Part shown: piece by piece, positions 19,856 through 29,851 of the stretch
Layout: each line of letters starts with the position of its first letter
Position numbering within the stretch: position 1 is the stretch's first letter
NCBI GenBank assembly: GCA_963677925.2
Contig: CAXXYH010000004.1
Location: forward strand, 1,184,001-1,248,000
Origin: Spirochaetia bacterium
GTDB lineage: Bacteria > Spirochaetota > Spirochaetia > UBA9216
DNA length: 64,000 nucleotides
Direction: 5' to 3'
Translations under genes and position numbers: made by a program
Notes under the pieces: generated by a model
Told to the model about the DNA's origin: nothing
The model's input: only the letters and a program-made list of their open reading frames with translations
Databases searched by the model: none

Positions 19856-20800
19856 ATGAAAAATAATTTCGAGGCGGAAATCAGGGGTAAGGGCTTTTTC
19901 AAAACCTTCATCCTTTTTTATATTCCGATTTTGATACTGGCTGCCGGTTCGACGGCTCTGAATGAATCAGTACCTGCCCTGTCGGTTATTATGGAGATAA
20001 TTTATTCCTTTCTGTCAGCACTCCTTGGCTTTGCCTTTGTAGCATACGCGGTAGGTCAAGTCAGATTTCTGGGTTCCAATTTTGAGTTTACCGGAAGTAT
20101 AAAAGAGTTTGCTCCTAAACTGATAAAGTGGCTGCTTCTCACAATGATAACTCTTGGAATCTATTCGCCCTGGTACCTTAAGGGTTATATGAATTATTAC
20201 CTTTCAAATATTCATCTGAATGGAAAAGACGGAGAACTGTTAAGCAGACCGGGGAAACTCTTAAAATATTTTATTCTGGCCTTTCTGCTTCCGGTGCTTG
20301 TTCTGACAGGTATTTATGTCTTTTTCATGGCCCGTTCATACGACCCCTACTTCTACAGCGGTACTGTTGCCGTTTCAACCTTCATGTTTGTAATATTCAT
20401 CTTCCTGGTGATGATTCCTTTTATCTACTATTACGCCGCATGGATTGTGAATATCCGCTACAGCGGTCTTAATGTCCGTTTTGAAAGATCCATGGGTTCA
20501 TTTGCCGGTTTCCTTGTATCCCAGATACTTCTTACCATAATAACTGCAGGTATCTACTATCCTGCAGCAATTGTTAAGATTTACCGCTATATAGTTTCGG
20601 GTTCGAATATCTACAACAGTGAAGGTGAGCTTGTCGGCAACGGAGGCTTTGAAGGAACAGCCGGAAAGGGCTTTCTTCTGCTCTGGGGGCAGGGGCTTTT
20701 ATGTATCATCACTATAGGTATTTATTCACCCTGGGCAATGAGTAAGGTTTCCAACTGGTATTTGAATAATACCTACACCGAAGGTGAAATAAGCATTTAA
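19856..20800 (+). CDS. DUF898/YjgN-like inner membrane protein
   Basis: Repeated LLT(M/I)IT(L/A/I)GIYxPW/A motif three times, multiple TM helices. ATG at 19856 follows AAGGAG. Confidence 0.75.
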   Translation: MKNNFEAEIRGKGFFKTFILFYIPILILAAGSTALNESVPALSVIMEIIYSFLSALLGFAFVAYAVGQVRFLGSNFEFTGSIKEFAPKLIKWLLLTMITLGIYSPWYLKGYMNYYLSNIHLNGKDGELLSRPGKLLKYFILAFLLPVLVLTGIYVFFMARSYDPYFYSGTVAVSTFMFVIFIFLVMIPFIYYYAAWIVNIRYSGLNVRFERSMGSFAGFLVSQILLTIITAGIYYPAAIVKIYRYIVSGSNIYNSEGELVGNGGFEGTAGKGFLLLWGQGLLCIITIGIYSPWAMSKVSNWYLNNTYTEGEISI

Positions 20801-20811
20801 TCTGCAGTCTA

Positions 20812-20852
20812 AGAGCTTCTTTCAAAACTCGGTTATTTTTGAAATTACCTCT
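20812..20852. repeat. Imperfect palindrome between convergent genes (REP-like or bidirectional terminator)
   Basis: AGAG-CTTC-TTTCAAAA-CTCGGTTAT-TTTTGAAA-TTAC-CTCT. Confidence 0.45.
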
Positions 20853-21228
20853 ATGAAATAATTTTTAATATTAGCATTGTTATCAGGGCAGCCCAGAGCA
20901 GTATTATTACTGCCGCGGCTGCCTTGTTTTTTTTAAGCTCAGGCGGATTTTCATCAGCCTGCTTTTCAGCTTCAGCCAGTACATGCTCCGGAATCAGCTT
21001 TATTGTAAGCATTATGAATAAAGGCAGCAGGATTAGGTCATCAAGCAGGCCGAGTACCGGTATGAAGTCCGGAATCAGATCTACAGGGCTCATTGCATAG
21101 GCTATTGTGATTACTGCCATTATTTTTGCAGGAAGCCCTGTATCAGGAGACTGCAGTGCAATATAGAGCACTGCAGTCTTTTTTTTAATGTCTGAAGCCT
21201 TCTGTTTAAGGCTGCTTAAAAGACTCAT
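20851..21228 (-). CDS. DUF1232 (YkvA-like) membrane protein
   Basis: Motif YAMSPVDLIPDFIPVLGLLDD. Confidence 0.9.
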   Translation of the reverse strand: MSLLSSLKQKASDIKKKTAVLYIALQSPDTGLPAKIMAVITIAYAMSPVDLIPDFIPVLGLLDDLILLPLFIMLTIKLIPEHVLAEAEKQADENPPELKKNKAAAAVIILLWAALITMLILKIIS

Positions 21229-22565
21229 TTGTCTTTCAGTGTTTCGGGCTCTCCCTTATTTACCTTGCCCATAACCAGGAAGGCAATGGCCATGAATACA
21301 GCTGCATTGATAAAAATAATCCTGTCTCCGAAGAGGTCTCTGAGCCCTCCGGTCAATACAGGGGCTACAATACCTGCGGCCTGTGAGAAGAAATAATAAA
21401 GTCCTGTGTAAATTCCCATGTCCTTGTATGTGGCCATCTGCCAGAGCATGGGAAATGAGTTGGTTACAATCGAAACCCAGAACATTCCGAAAAGGAAGAG
21501 AAGTACCCAGAAGCTGAGATAGCTTGCGGTCTGCGAAAATCCGAGTGCTGTAGTAATTGGATGGTGAAGGAAGCAGAGAAGAAGTACGACAGCAATCACT
21601 ACAAGCGAGAACCTGATAGCCTTCTTTCTTCCAACCTTATGGGCTATAACCCCGGAGGGGATTGCAAACAGAGCGTAGGCAATTCCTACCATGCCTGAGG
21701 AGAGAGCCGCGGTTCCGGGTGAAAGGCCGAGGTATTCCTTCGAGTAGATACCGACCCAGGGAAGCACGCCCTGGTAGCCTATGAACCACAGAAGCAGTGA
21801 TATTAGTATGAACAGCGCACTTTTATCTTCCGCTGCAAGAATCAGTTTCAGAGATTTGAATACCGGTGCGCTTTCCTCTTCCGAGCCTTCAGGATTTTTT
21901 TTCTCCTTTACGAAGAAGAAAAGCAGGAGAACCGCAACAATTACCAGTACTCCGGCAAGTACAAAGGGCAGTTTGCCGATGTAGGTTGATTCCCTGCCGG
22001 CAACTGTTGTCTCAAAGGGGACTACGCTGTCGCCGAAGAGCGGTATTCTTACTTTCACATCGTAGAGCTTTGCAAGAGCGACTGTGCCGACTATTGCTGC
22101 TATTCCGCCCATGGTGTTGATAACGCCGTTTGCCTCCGAACGGTATTCTCCGGGGATTATATCCGGCATAAGAGCTACAACCGGTCCTCTTGCCGCCTGC
22201 TTGAAAAGGTTCAGGAAGAATATACAGATGATGAGGAACATCATTGATTTAAGAGCTGCAGTCGGCATCAGCGAAAACAGAATTGCGGTTGCCGGCAGGG
22301 TTACGATGATGAAGGGCATCCTCCGCCCAATCGGAGTCCTTGTCCGGTCGGACATGGCTGAAAAAATCGGGATCAGCAGGATTGCGAAGAAATTATCAAT
22401 TCCCATAATTCCGCCGACAAGCCCGTCGGATGAGAGATAGTTCCGCAGGAACATCGGAACGTAGGTATCGTAAAGGGGATCCATAAGGCCCATGGTGAAG
22501 AACCCAAGGCCGATTAGAAAGGTGATGCCGTAATAGGCTTTCATTCCTTCTTTTTTACTGTCCAT
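21225..22565 (-). CDS. MFS sugar transporter (maltose/SLC45-like)
   Basis: About 12 TM helices. SDRTRTPIGRRMPF, VALMPD and ANGVIN.MGG motifs. Confidence 0.85.
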   Translation of the reverse strand: MDSKKEGMKAYYGITFLIGLGFFTMGLMDPLYDTYVPMFLRNYLSSDGLVGGIMGIDNFFAILLIPIFSAMSDRTRTPIGRRMPFIIVTLPATAILFSLMPTAALKSMMFLIICIFFLNLFKQAARGPVVALMPDIIPGEYRSEANGVINTMGGIAAIVGTVALAKLYDVKVRIPLFGDSVVPFETTVAGRESTYIGKLPFVLAGVLVIVAVLLLFFFVKEKKNPEGSEEESAPVFKSLKLILAAEDKSALFILISLLLWFIGYQGVLPWVGIYSKEYLGLSPGTAALSSGMVGIAYALFAIPSGVIAHKVGRKKAIRFSLVVIAVVLLLCFLHHPITTALGFSQTASYLSFWVLLFLFGMFWVSIVTNSFPMLWQMATYKDMGIYTGLYYFFSQAAGIVAPVLTGGLRDLFGDRIIFINAAVFMAIAFLVMGKVNKGEPETLKDK

Positions 22566-22684
22566 AATTACCTTCTTTTATAATGATGATTAACCTTAAA
22601 ACCATGGATAAGGTTTGTCAAGAATTGATTTTAAAGCGGTTAGGATAGAGTTAATATTACCCTTTGTGATATTATCTGCTGTAT

Positions 22685-23815
22685 ATGCTTAAAGATAATT
22701 CCGACTGGAAAAAAGCTCTGCAGAACCGGATTGACGATCTTTCCGGACTGATTGATGCACTGAAAGAATACGAATCCGGCTCAATAGAAGCCTTCTCACC
22801 TGTATCAGAATTTAAAGGCTGGCTAGCTGAAAACCCGGAGCGAGGGCGTTCCCATCTTCCCTTTGCGGTCACCCGGTATTATCTTGGGCTTGCATTCAGA
22901 GCGGGGCTTCAGGAGGCTGACAGGCTGGCGGTTATGCGGCAGGCAATACCCTCAAAACGGGAGTTCAGTACTGCTGCTTATGAACTTAAGGATCCGCTTG
23001 GTGAAACCAAATATTCTCCATGCAGCCGCTTTATCCACCGCTACCCTGACCGTGCGCTTATACTTACTGCCGACAGCTGCGGAGTTTTTTGCCGCCACTG
23101 TTTTCGCCGTGAGTTTTCAGGTCAGCTTTCCGGAGCGCTGAAGCCTGCAGAACTTAAGACTATCTGCGAATATATTGCCGCTCATTCTGAAATTGGGGAG
23201 ATACTGCTTTCAGGCGGTGATCCGATGACACTCTCAGATGAAAAGCTATTTGAGATAATAAACAGCATTAAGGCTGTCCGTCCCGGCATGATCATCAGAC
23301 TCTGCAGCAGGATGCCGGTAGTGCTTCCATCACGGATCACGCCGAAGTTTACCACTATGCTCAGCAGTTTCAGCGGTATATGGATGGTTACCCATTTCAA
23401 TACAGCTGCCGAGGTAACAGCTGAAGCAGCCGCCGCTGTTAAAGAGATGATAAAAGCCGGCGTTCCTGTCCTTAACCAGACGGTGCTGTTATGCGGTGTA
23501 AACGATTCTCCGGAGCATCTTGCCAGCCTTTTCAGGATGCTTCTCGCAGCCGGAGTGAAGCCTTATTATCTTTTTCAGGGAGATCTTGCCGCGGGAACCT
23601 CGCATCTCCGGGTTCCTTTGAAAAAGTCACTGCAGATAGTAGCGGAGCTGCGGACTATGGTTTCAGGAATGGCAATGCCGAAGTTTGCAGTCGATCTTCC
23701 AGGCGGCGGAGGGAAGGTGACACTTCCCGACGGATGTGAGATTATAAGGAAGGACGATAACTACTACTATTTCAGGGGTACAGATGATAGAGAATACTCT
23801 TATCCAGCAGATTGA
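22685..23815 (+). CDS. KamA-family radical SAM aminomutase
   Basis: HRYPDRAL, CxxxCxxC (CGVFCRHCFRR), LSGGDP, NQTVLL.GVND, PYYLFQ.D and the PLP-lysine motif DLPGGGGK. Confidence 0.88.
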   Translation: MLKDNSDWKKALQNRIDDLSGLIDALKEYESGSIEAFSPVSEFKGWLAENPERGRSHLPFAVTRYYLGLAFRAGLQEADRLAVMRQAIPSKREFSTAAYELKDPLGETKYSPCSRFIHRYPDRALILTADSCGVFCRHCFRREFSGQLSGALKPAELKTICEYIAAHSEIGEILLSGGDPMTLSDEKLFEIINSIKAVRPGMIIRLCSRMPVVLPSRITPKFTTMLSSFSGIWMVTHFNTAAEVTAEAAAAVKEMIKAGVPVLNQTVLLCGVNDSPEHLASLFRMLLAAGVKPYYLFQGDLAAGTSHLRVPLKKSLQIVAELRTMVSGMAMPKFAVDLPGGGGKVTLPDGCEIIRKDDNYYYFRGTDDREYSYPAD

Positions 23816-25130
23816 GGACTGGTTTAAAACATATTCGGAAAGTTTCTGCTCCGGCGGGGAAAGCCTTGTTCATAATATCAGACTCAAAATTAACCACACA
23901 TACAAGGTTGTTGATGCTGCAGCTCAGCTTGCTGATGCCCTGAAGCTTGAAGGACGTCAGAGGCAGATTGCCGTTCTTTGTTCCCTTCTTCATGACTGCG
24001 GCCGTTTTGAGCAGTTTAAGAAATACGGCACATATATGGATATAAAATCCGAGGACCACGGCGATCTGGGAGTGAAGGTTCTGAAACAGGAGAAAGTTCT
24101 TGAATCTATAGAAGAAAAAGATCGTGATATTATTTTCTCTGCCGTTGCACATCATAACGCGAAGATTGTTCCCGGCGGACTCACCCCCGAACAGCTGTTT
24201 TTCACCGAGCTGACACGGGATGCCGACAAGATTGATATCTACCGGGTCTTAAGTGAGTACTACAGTAATAATGATCCGGATAAGGACCAGTCGGTTACAT
24301 TTTATCTGCCCGAAGCTGCTGATATATGTGATGCCGTTTTCAATGAATACACAGAAAGCGGCAGAATATCCTTTAAAAACCTTGCTAGTGTTCAGGATTT
24401 TGTCTTTGTTCAGCTCAGCTGGATCAAGGATCTTAACCATCGTGAGTCTTTGCGCATAATACATAAAAGCGCTTATCTTGATGATATTGCTGCAAAGCTT
24501 CCCGATACTGACCGGGGGCGGAGGGTTCGTAAAGACTGTCTGGGAGTATTTGAGTCCATAGAAAATGAAAAGCACCTCGACTGGACTGAGAATTCCAGGG
24601 AAGAGATGGTGGACTGCAGGATATTCAAGATACATACCTCTATGCGGACATCAAGCGATCAGAATGTATCAAAGGCCTATCTGCTTGAAGCCCCGGGCTG
24701 GGTGACGGTGATTCCGGTAATTGAGAAATCTGACGGTAAGTATTTTCTTATGGTCAGGCAGTACCGGCACGGCTCAAAGGAAATTACCACGGAGTTTCCC
24801 GCGGGAACAGTGGAGCCGGGAGAGGAACCGGAAACCGCAGCGGCAAGAGAGCTTCTTGAGGAGACCGGCTACAGTTCGGATAAACTTACCTGGCTGGGAA
24901 GCGTTAACCCCAATCCTGCCTTTTTTATGAATAAATTCACCGTGTTTCTCGCGGAGGAGCTTGTACATAAGGGCGAACAGGAACTTGATGATACTGAATT
25001 TGTGGACTTTGAAATGGTTCCGGCTGAAACTGTGATTAACCGTATGGGAAGCTCAGAGTACGGCAACGGTACTATGATGATTGCTCTGGCATATTATCTG
25101 AGGGCGGAAGGCCGCTTTGGAGGAAAATGA
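23784..25130 (+). CDS. HD phosphohydrolase - NUDIX hydrolase fusion
   Basis: HD motifs HTYKV, LLHDCGRF, DHG, HH and RDADKID. C-terminal RQYRHG and Nudix box EFPAGTVEPGEEPETAAARELLEETGY. Confidence 0.85.
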   Translation: MIENTLIQQIEDWFKTYSESFCSGGESLVHNIRLKINHTYKVVDAAAQLADALKLEGRQRQIAVLCSLLHDCGRFEQFKKYGTYMDIKSEDHGDLGVKVLKQEKVLESIEEKDRDIIFSAVAHHNAKIVPGGLTPEQLFFTELTRDADKIDIYRVLSEYYSNNDPDKDQSVTFYLPEAADICDAVFNEYTESGRISFKNLASVQDFVFVQLSWIKDLNHRESLRIIHKSAYLDDIAAKLPDTDRGRRVRKDCLGVFESIENEKHLDWTENSREEMVDCRIFKIHTSMRTSSDQNVSKAYLLEAPGWVTVIPVIEKSDGKYFLMVRQYRHGSKEITTEFPAGTVEPGEEPETAAARELLEETGYSSDKLTWLGSVNPNPAFFMNKFTVFLAEELVHKGEQELDDTEFVDFEMVPAETVINRMGSSEYGNGTMMIALAYYLRAEGRFGGK

Positions 25131-25564
25131 TGAAAGTAATTGAAGGTTTTAGGATTTTTCTGCATCTTCTTGTCGGGCTGGGTGCATGCGGCGGAGGTTT
25201 CGGTGCATTGATGGATCCCTTTGCACCAATGGGGCTGTCCTCTGAAGCTCTTAAAACAGGACCCTTTGAAACCTTTCTGGTTCCCGGACTCTTTCTGTTT
25301 ATAGTGCTGGGTCTGGGGAACCTGCTGGTGCTTTTTCTTACCAGACTGCTTCCTGAGTTCAAAGGTTACGGCACTGCCGCTATAGGCGCAGTACTTGCTC
25401 TCTGGATCATTATTCAGTGCATTTTTCTTCAGGGAGTAGTTTCCCTGCATGTCATATTTTTTATCATCGGAGCTGTTCAGGCTGTAATCGGTATTCTTTA
25501 TATCAACCGGCTGGAACAGTGGCCTGTTTACGGACTTGCCTGTGCAGTGAGGATGAAAAAATGA
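25127..25564 (+). CDS. Small four-helix membrane protein of unknown function
   Basis: Hydrophobic helices and a GPFETFLVPGLFLF motif. ATGA overlaps with both neighbours. Confidence 0.7.
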   Translation: MMKVIEGFRIFLHLLVGLGACGGGFGALMDPFAPMGLSSEALKTGPFETFLVPGLFLFIVLGLGNLLVLFLTRLLPEFKGYGTAAIGAVLALWIIIQCIFLQGVVSLHVIFFIIGAVQAVIGILYINRLEQWPVYGLACAVRMKK

Positions 25565-26457
25565 AATACAGATTTCATACATGTGATGTATTTACAGACA
25601 GGATGTTCGGAGGCAATCAGCTTGCGGTTTTTCCCGAGGCTGAGGGCCTGAGCACGGATCAGATGCAGCAGCTTACGCGTGAGTTTAACTTTTCCGAATG
25701 CACCTTTGTTTTGCCTCCGGAAAAAGGCGGCAGCAGAAGGGTCAGAATCTTCACTCCCGAGAGGGAAGTCCCCTTTGCCGGACATCCGAATGTCGGCACC
25801 GCCTTTGTCCTGCTCACCGAGGGCTATGCAGAATCTGATGAATCAAAGCCTCTTTTTTTTGAAGAACCGGCCGGAATGGTCCCGGTTTCCTTCAGGAAAA
25901 ACGGCGGCAGTTATATCTGCGAGCTTGAAGCCCCTGAGGCTTTCAGCACAGGCATCAGGCTTGATCCGGCACAGGTTGCTCCTTCCGTCGGCCTGTCGCC
26001 TGATGATATAAAAACCTCGGTTCATATGCCTGAGCAGGCTTCGGTCGGTTTTCCCTTTCTGATGACGGAGCTTGTTTCTGTTGATGCCCTCCGCCGTGCC
26101 GAACCGGATCTGTCCGCCATGAAGCAGCTTAAGGCTGTGGATGAACATCTGAATATTCATCTCTATGTGCGGTCCAGCGATGAATACGATCTGCGAACGA
26201 GGATGTTCGCGCCGCTGGACGGCATCTTTGAAGACCCGGCCACCGGAAGCGCGAACTGTGCACTTGCGGCATATCTTGCAAGCCTGGAACCGGATGACAG
26301 CTGCAGTCTTGATCTCCGTATAGGGCAGGGGATAGAAATGGGACGGCCGAGTCTTCTGCAGGCAAGGGCTCTGAAAGAACAGGGTAGGGTCGTCTCCGCG
26401 CATATAGGCGGAAACTGCGTTATGGTCACATCCGGAACGGTTGATTTACAGGAGTAG
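25561..26457 (+). CDS. PhzF family isomerase/epimerase
   Basis: [34 protein letters not shown] and EDPATGSA motifs. The likely start is ATG 25561. Confidence 0.92.
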   Translation: MKYRFHTCDVFTDRMFGGNQLAVFPEAEGLSTDQMQQLTREFNFSECTFVLPPEKGGSRRVRIFTPEREVPFAGHPNVGTAFVLLTEGYAESDESKPLFFEEPAGMVPVSFRKNGGSYICELEAPEAFSTGIRLDPAQVAPSVGLSPDDIKTSVHMPEQASVGFPFLMTELVSVDALRRAEPDLSAMKQLKAVDEHLNIHLYVRSSDEYDLRTRMFAPLDGIFEDPATGSANCALAAYLASLEPDDSCSLDLRIGQGIEMGRPSLLQARALKEQGRVVSAHIGGNCVMVTSGTVDLQE

Positions 26458-26459
26458 AG

Positions 26460-27056
26460 ATGCAGAACGAACTTTTCAGTGAGCCGGAGGACAGTGGGGA
26501 AGGCGTCCCCGGTGAGCTTCCGGAAGAAGGTCCGGCAGTTATCCCCGGCGAGGCTTACTACAACCGTGAGTTTCTGAATATTGATTTTTCAAATGCCGAT
26601 TTCGGAGGCTGCGAATTTGAAAGCTGCCGCTTCACAGGCTGCAACCTTTCCAATGTGAACATCAGCGACGCCAAATTCTGTGATGTTAAATTTATTGATT
26701 CAAAGCTGATGGGAATTCCTTTTTTCAATTCAAACCCCTTCGCATTTGAAGTCAGTTTTTCCGGCTGCCGGCTTGTAAGCTGTAATTTTACAGGTATGAA
26801 AATAAGGGATACGGAATTTCTCCGCTGTGAAATAAGCGAGAGCTACTTTCAGGATACAGTGCTCAGCGGTTCTGATTTTTCGGGGTCATCCTTCAGGGAA
26901 ACGCTGTTTCATAATACCAATCTTGAACGCTGCAGTTTTGTTAAGGCTTCGGGGTATGCAATAAGCCCTCTTAACAACAATATTAAAAAGGCCGTCTTTG
27001 ATGCGCCGGAGGTTCTGAATCTTCTGAACGACTTCGGGATTAAGATTATAGACTGA
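26460..27056 (+). CDS. Pentapeptide repeat protein
   Basis: Tandem five-residue repeats (IDFSN ADFGG CEFES CRFTG CNLSN...). Confidence 0.9.
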   Translation: MQNELFSEPEDSGEGVPGELPEEGPAVIPGEAYYNREFLNIDFSNADFGGCEFESCRFTGCNLSNVNISDAKFCDVKFIDSKLMGIPFFNSNPFAFEVSFSGCRLVSCNFTGMKIRDTEFLRCEISESYFQDTVLSGSDFSGSSFRETLFHNTNLERCSFVKASGYAISPLNNNIKKAVFDAPEVLNLLNDFGIKIID

Positions 27057-27125
27057 AGCCGGGCCTGATTTAAAATTTGACCGCCCGATCCGGCAGTGCT
27101 AATATTCTGCTATAAGGAACTGTTT

Positions 27126-28613
27126 ATGGCTGTGATACTGGGTATTGATCTCGGAACCTCAAATGTTAAAGCAATGCTGCTTGACTCAGACCGGGGGATC
27201 ATTTCATCAGCCTCACGGGGCTATGATGTTGATATTCCGCAAATCGGCTGGGCGGAGCAGTCTCCCGAACTGTGGTGGCGGCGTATACTGGAATGTCTGG
27301 CCGAGCTTAAGGCCGGTTTCAGAAAAGACTTTGATGCAGTGGCTGCAATCGGATTTGCTTCACAGATGCATGGTCTGGTGATGCTCGGCCGGGACGGAAG
27401 GCCGCTGTATCCGGCGGTTATCTGGCTGGATCAGCGTGCCGCTGCTGAGGCCGCTGAAATAGAATCTGTCTATCCTCCGGAAAAAACCGCTGAACTCTTC
27501 CGTAATTCTGTGCCGGTCGGATTCGCCCTGCCGAGCCTCCTGTGGATGAAAAGAAACAGGCCTGAAATCTACTTAAAAATTGATAAAATAATGCTTCCCA
27601 AAGATTATATCCGGTTCAGGCTGACCGGGCTTGCCGGCTGTGAGTATTCCGACGCCTCTGCTTCGGCGGCATTTTCCATGCCTGATAAAAACTGGGCCTT
27701 TGACCTGCTGGAAAGGCTTGATATAGACAGTTCGATGTTCCCGCCGCTCTCCGGTTCTTCTATGGTCGCAGGTACGGTAACTAAAGGCGCTGCCGCAGAA
27801 ACCGGGCTGTGTGAGGGAATCCCTGTTGTCCACGGCTCGGGTGATCAGCAGGCTCAGAGTATAGGCAACGGAGCTGTTAAGGAGGGGATAGTCACCTCTA
27901 ATATCGGAACCTCCGGACAGGTAGCCGCATTCAGCGGAAGCGGTATATATGACCCGCAGCTTAGAACCCACACCTTCTGCCACGCGGCGGATAATGCATA
28001 TTCGGTCTTCGGTGCAATTCTCTGCGGAGGCATATCTCTGAAATGGCTTAAAAACGGAATCCTAAGAACCTCCGCCTCCTATGAACAGCTTATCAGTTCC
28101 GCCGCTGAAGTGACTCCGGGAAGCGGCGGAGTCATATTTCTGCCCTATCTTACCGGGGAGAGGACTCCGCATATGGACCCGGCGGCAAGCGGCATGTTTT
28201 TCGGCCTTAAGCTCGGACATGAGCAGAATACCCTCTGCCGCGCAGTGATGGAGGGGGTTGTCCTCAGCCTTAATGATTCCCTGGTAATACTGAAGGAAAT
28301 CGGTGTTAAGCCGGATAGACTGATAGCTGCGGGAGGCGGAACCGCGAGTCCGCTCTGGCTGCAGATGCAGGCGGATATCTTCAATACTGAGATTGAGATA
28401 TGTACAACTCCGGAACAGTCGTGTATGGGTGCCTGTATTGTTGCCGGAAGCGGAACGGGGATCTTTTCATCGATAGAGGAAGCCTGTTCAAGGCATGTAA
28501 AATATTCTGAAAAGACATATTCTCCGAATCCGGTAAATGCAGAGCTCTATGCAGAGCAGTTTCTGAAATACCGGAAGCTGTATGAGAACAATAAAGAGCT
28601 GATGCATACCTGA
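27126..28613 (+). CDS. xylB: Xylulokinase (FGGY family)
   Basis: LGIDLGTS, QMHGLV, IWLDQR, PKDYIRF.LTG, GDQ, PYLTGERTP and RAVMEGV motifs. ATG at 27126 follows AAGGA. Confidence 0.8.
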   Translation: MAVILGIDLGTSNVKAMLLDSDRGIISSASRGYDVDIPQIGWAEQSPELWWRRILECLAELKAGFRKDFDAVAAIGFASQMHGLVMLGRDGRPLYPAVIWLDQRAAAEAAEIESVYPPEKTAELFRNSVPVGFALPSLLWMKRNRPEIYLKIDKIMLPKDYIRFRLTGLAGCEYSDASASAAFSMPDKNWAFDLLERLDIDSSMFPPLSGSSMVAGTVTKGAAAETGLCEGIPVVHGSGDQQAQSIGNGAVKEGIVTSNIGTSGQVAAFSGSGIYDPQLRTHTFCHAADNAYSVFGAILCGGISLKWLKNGILRTSASYEQLISSAAEVTPGSGGVIFLPYLTGERTPHMDPAASGMFFGLKLGHEQNTLCRAVMEGVVLSLNDSLVILKEIGVKPDRLIAAGGGTASPLWLQMQADIFNTEIEICTTPEQSCMGACIVAGSGTGIFSSIEEACSRHVKYSEKTYSPNPVNAELYAEQFLKYRKLYENNKELMHT

Positions 28614-28621
28614 CATCTTAT

Positions 28622-28656
28622 AAAAAAAGAGCTGAACGCACTGCGTCAGCTCTTTT
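28622..28656. terminator. Bidirectional intrinsic terminator
   Basis: AAAAGAGCTGA-ACGCACTGCGT-CAGCTCTTTT between convergent xylB and the permease, with A/T tracts on both sides. Confidence 0.85.
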
Positions 28657-28678
28657 GGGTATAAAGGGACTCCGGTAC

Positions 28679-29851
28679 TCAGCTTGCCAGACTCTTCTTC
28701 TTTGTCGCAACATCAAAGATAACCGCCAGTAGCAGTACAACGCCCTTGATGGTCTGCTGCCAGTCAACGCTGACGCCCATGATGGACATTCCGTTGTTGA
28801 GAATTCCCATAACAAGACCTCCGATAATGGCGCCTATAATGGTTCCCACTCCGCCGGATGCGGACGCGCCGCCTATGAAGCAGGAGGCGATAGCGTCAAG
28901 CTCGAAATTGGTTCCGGCCTTCGGTCCGGCTGCGTTGAGCCTTCCGGCTACGATTATGCCTGCAAGAGCAGACAGCAGCCCCATGTTTGTATAAACAAGG
29001 AACATAACCCTCTGGGTCTTTACCCCTGAAAGTCTTGCAGCCTTCTCGTTTCCTCCAAGGGCATATATATGTCTTCCGATTATTGTCCTCTGGGTAATGA
29101 ATGTGTACAGCAGGATCAGTCCGACCAGAAGGATCAGGACAATGGGAATACCGTTGTAGTCTGCCAGGCTGAAGGTGAGCAGGTTTATAGCAAGAATTAT
29201 AAAACCGATCTTTATCAGCTCTATCCAGAATGAGACGACTTCGAAACCGTATTTTATCTTATTCTTTCTCGAACCTATCAGATTTATGATAAAGAGAATT
29301 GAAACAACAATACCGAGTATTATTGCAATTGCGTTGAATCCGCCGAAGTGCAGGTTGCCTCCCGGCAGATACCCTGCTGCAAGGGCCTGGAAGCTTGTTT
29401 CAAAGGGTGATTTTGTCTGACCCTTCAGAATTACCATGGTCAGTCCGCGCCAGATAAGCATTCCGGCAAGGGTAACAATAAAGGCCGGAATCCGCATGTA
29501 GGCAATAAAGTAGCCGTGAAAGGCTCCGACAAGGATACCGATAATCAGTGCTACGAGAATTGTCAGTGGAACAGGAAATCCCCAGTCAACCATCATTACT
29601 GCTGCAACGGCGCCGACGAAAGCTACTACCGAACCTATGGAAAGGTCAATATTGCCGGTCAGAATACACAGAAGCATTCCTGTGGCCAGTATCATTACAT
29701 ATGCATTCTGAAGCACAAGGTTATTTACGTTCATTGATCTGAACAGAATGCCGCCGGTCAGGATCTGGAACAGAATCATAATAAAGATAAGAGCCATAAC
29801 CATTCCGTTCTGCCGGAGGTTGTTCTTAAAATATGCTGTTAACTGGTTCAT
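28679..29851 (-). CDS. gguB: Multiple monosaccharide ABC transporter permease (GguB/MmsB)
   Basis: GNIDLSIGS, IPAFIVTLAGML, GRHIYALGGNEKAARLSG and FELDAIA motifs. Confidence 0.9.
   Translation of the reverse strand: MNQLTAYFKNNLRQNGMVMALIFIMILFQILTGGILFRSMNVNNLVLQNAYVMILATGMLLCILTGNIDLSIGSVVAFVGAVAAVMMVDWGFPVPLTILVALIIGILVGAFHGYFIAYMRIPAFIVTLAGMLIWRGLTMVILKGQTKSPFETSFQALAAGYLPGGNLHFGGFNAIAIILGIVVSILFIINLIGSRKNKIKYGFEVVSFWIELIKIGFIILAINLLTFSLADYNGIPIVLILLVGLILLYTFITQRTIIGRHIYALGGNEKAARLSGVKTQRVMFLVYTNMGLLSALAGIIVAGRLNAAGPKAGTNFELDAIASCFIGGASASGGVGTIIGAIIGGLVMGILNNGMSIMGVSVDWQQTIKGVVLLLAVIFDVATKKKSLAS

Noticed and set aside
22592-22615. Inverted repeat AACCTTA/TAAGGTT upstream of the MFS gene
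   Set aside because: Short AT-rich arms, a single instance and no adjacent regulator; compatible with chance.
22685-23815. Calling the radical SAM gene epmB or a lysine-fermentation kamA
   Set aside because: No efp/epmA or kamDE/kdd context in the window, so the substrate cannot be assigned. It is left at family level.
26460-27056. Qnr-type quinolone resistance gene
   Set aside because: Only generic pentapeptide repeats are visible; there are no Qnr-specific features I can verify and no mobile context.
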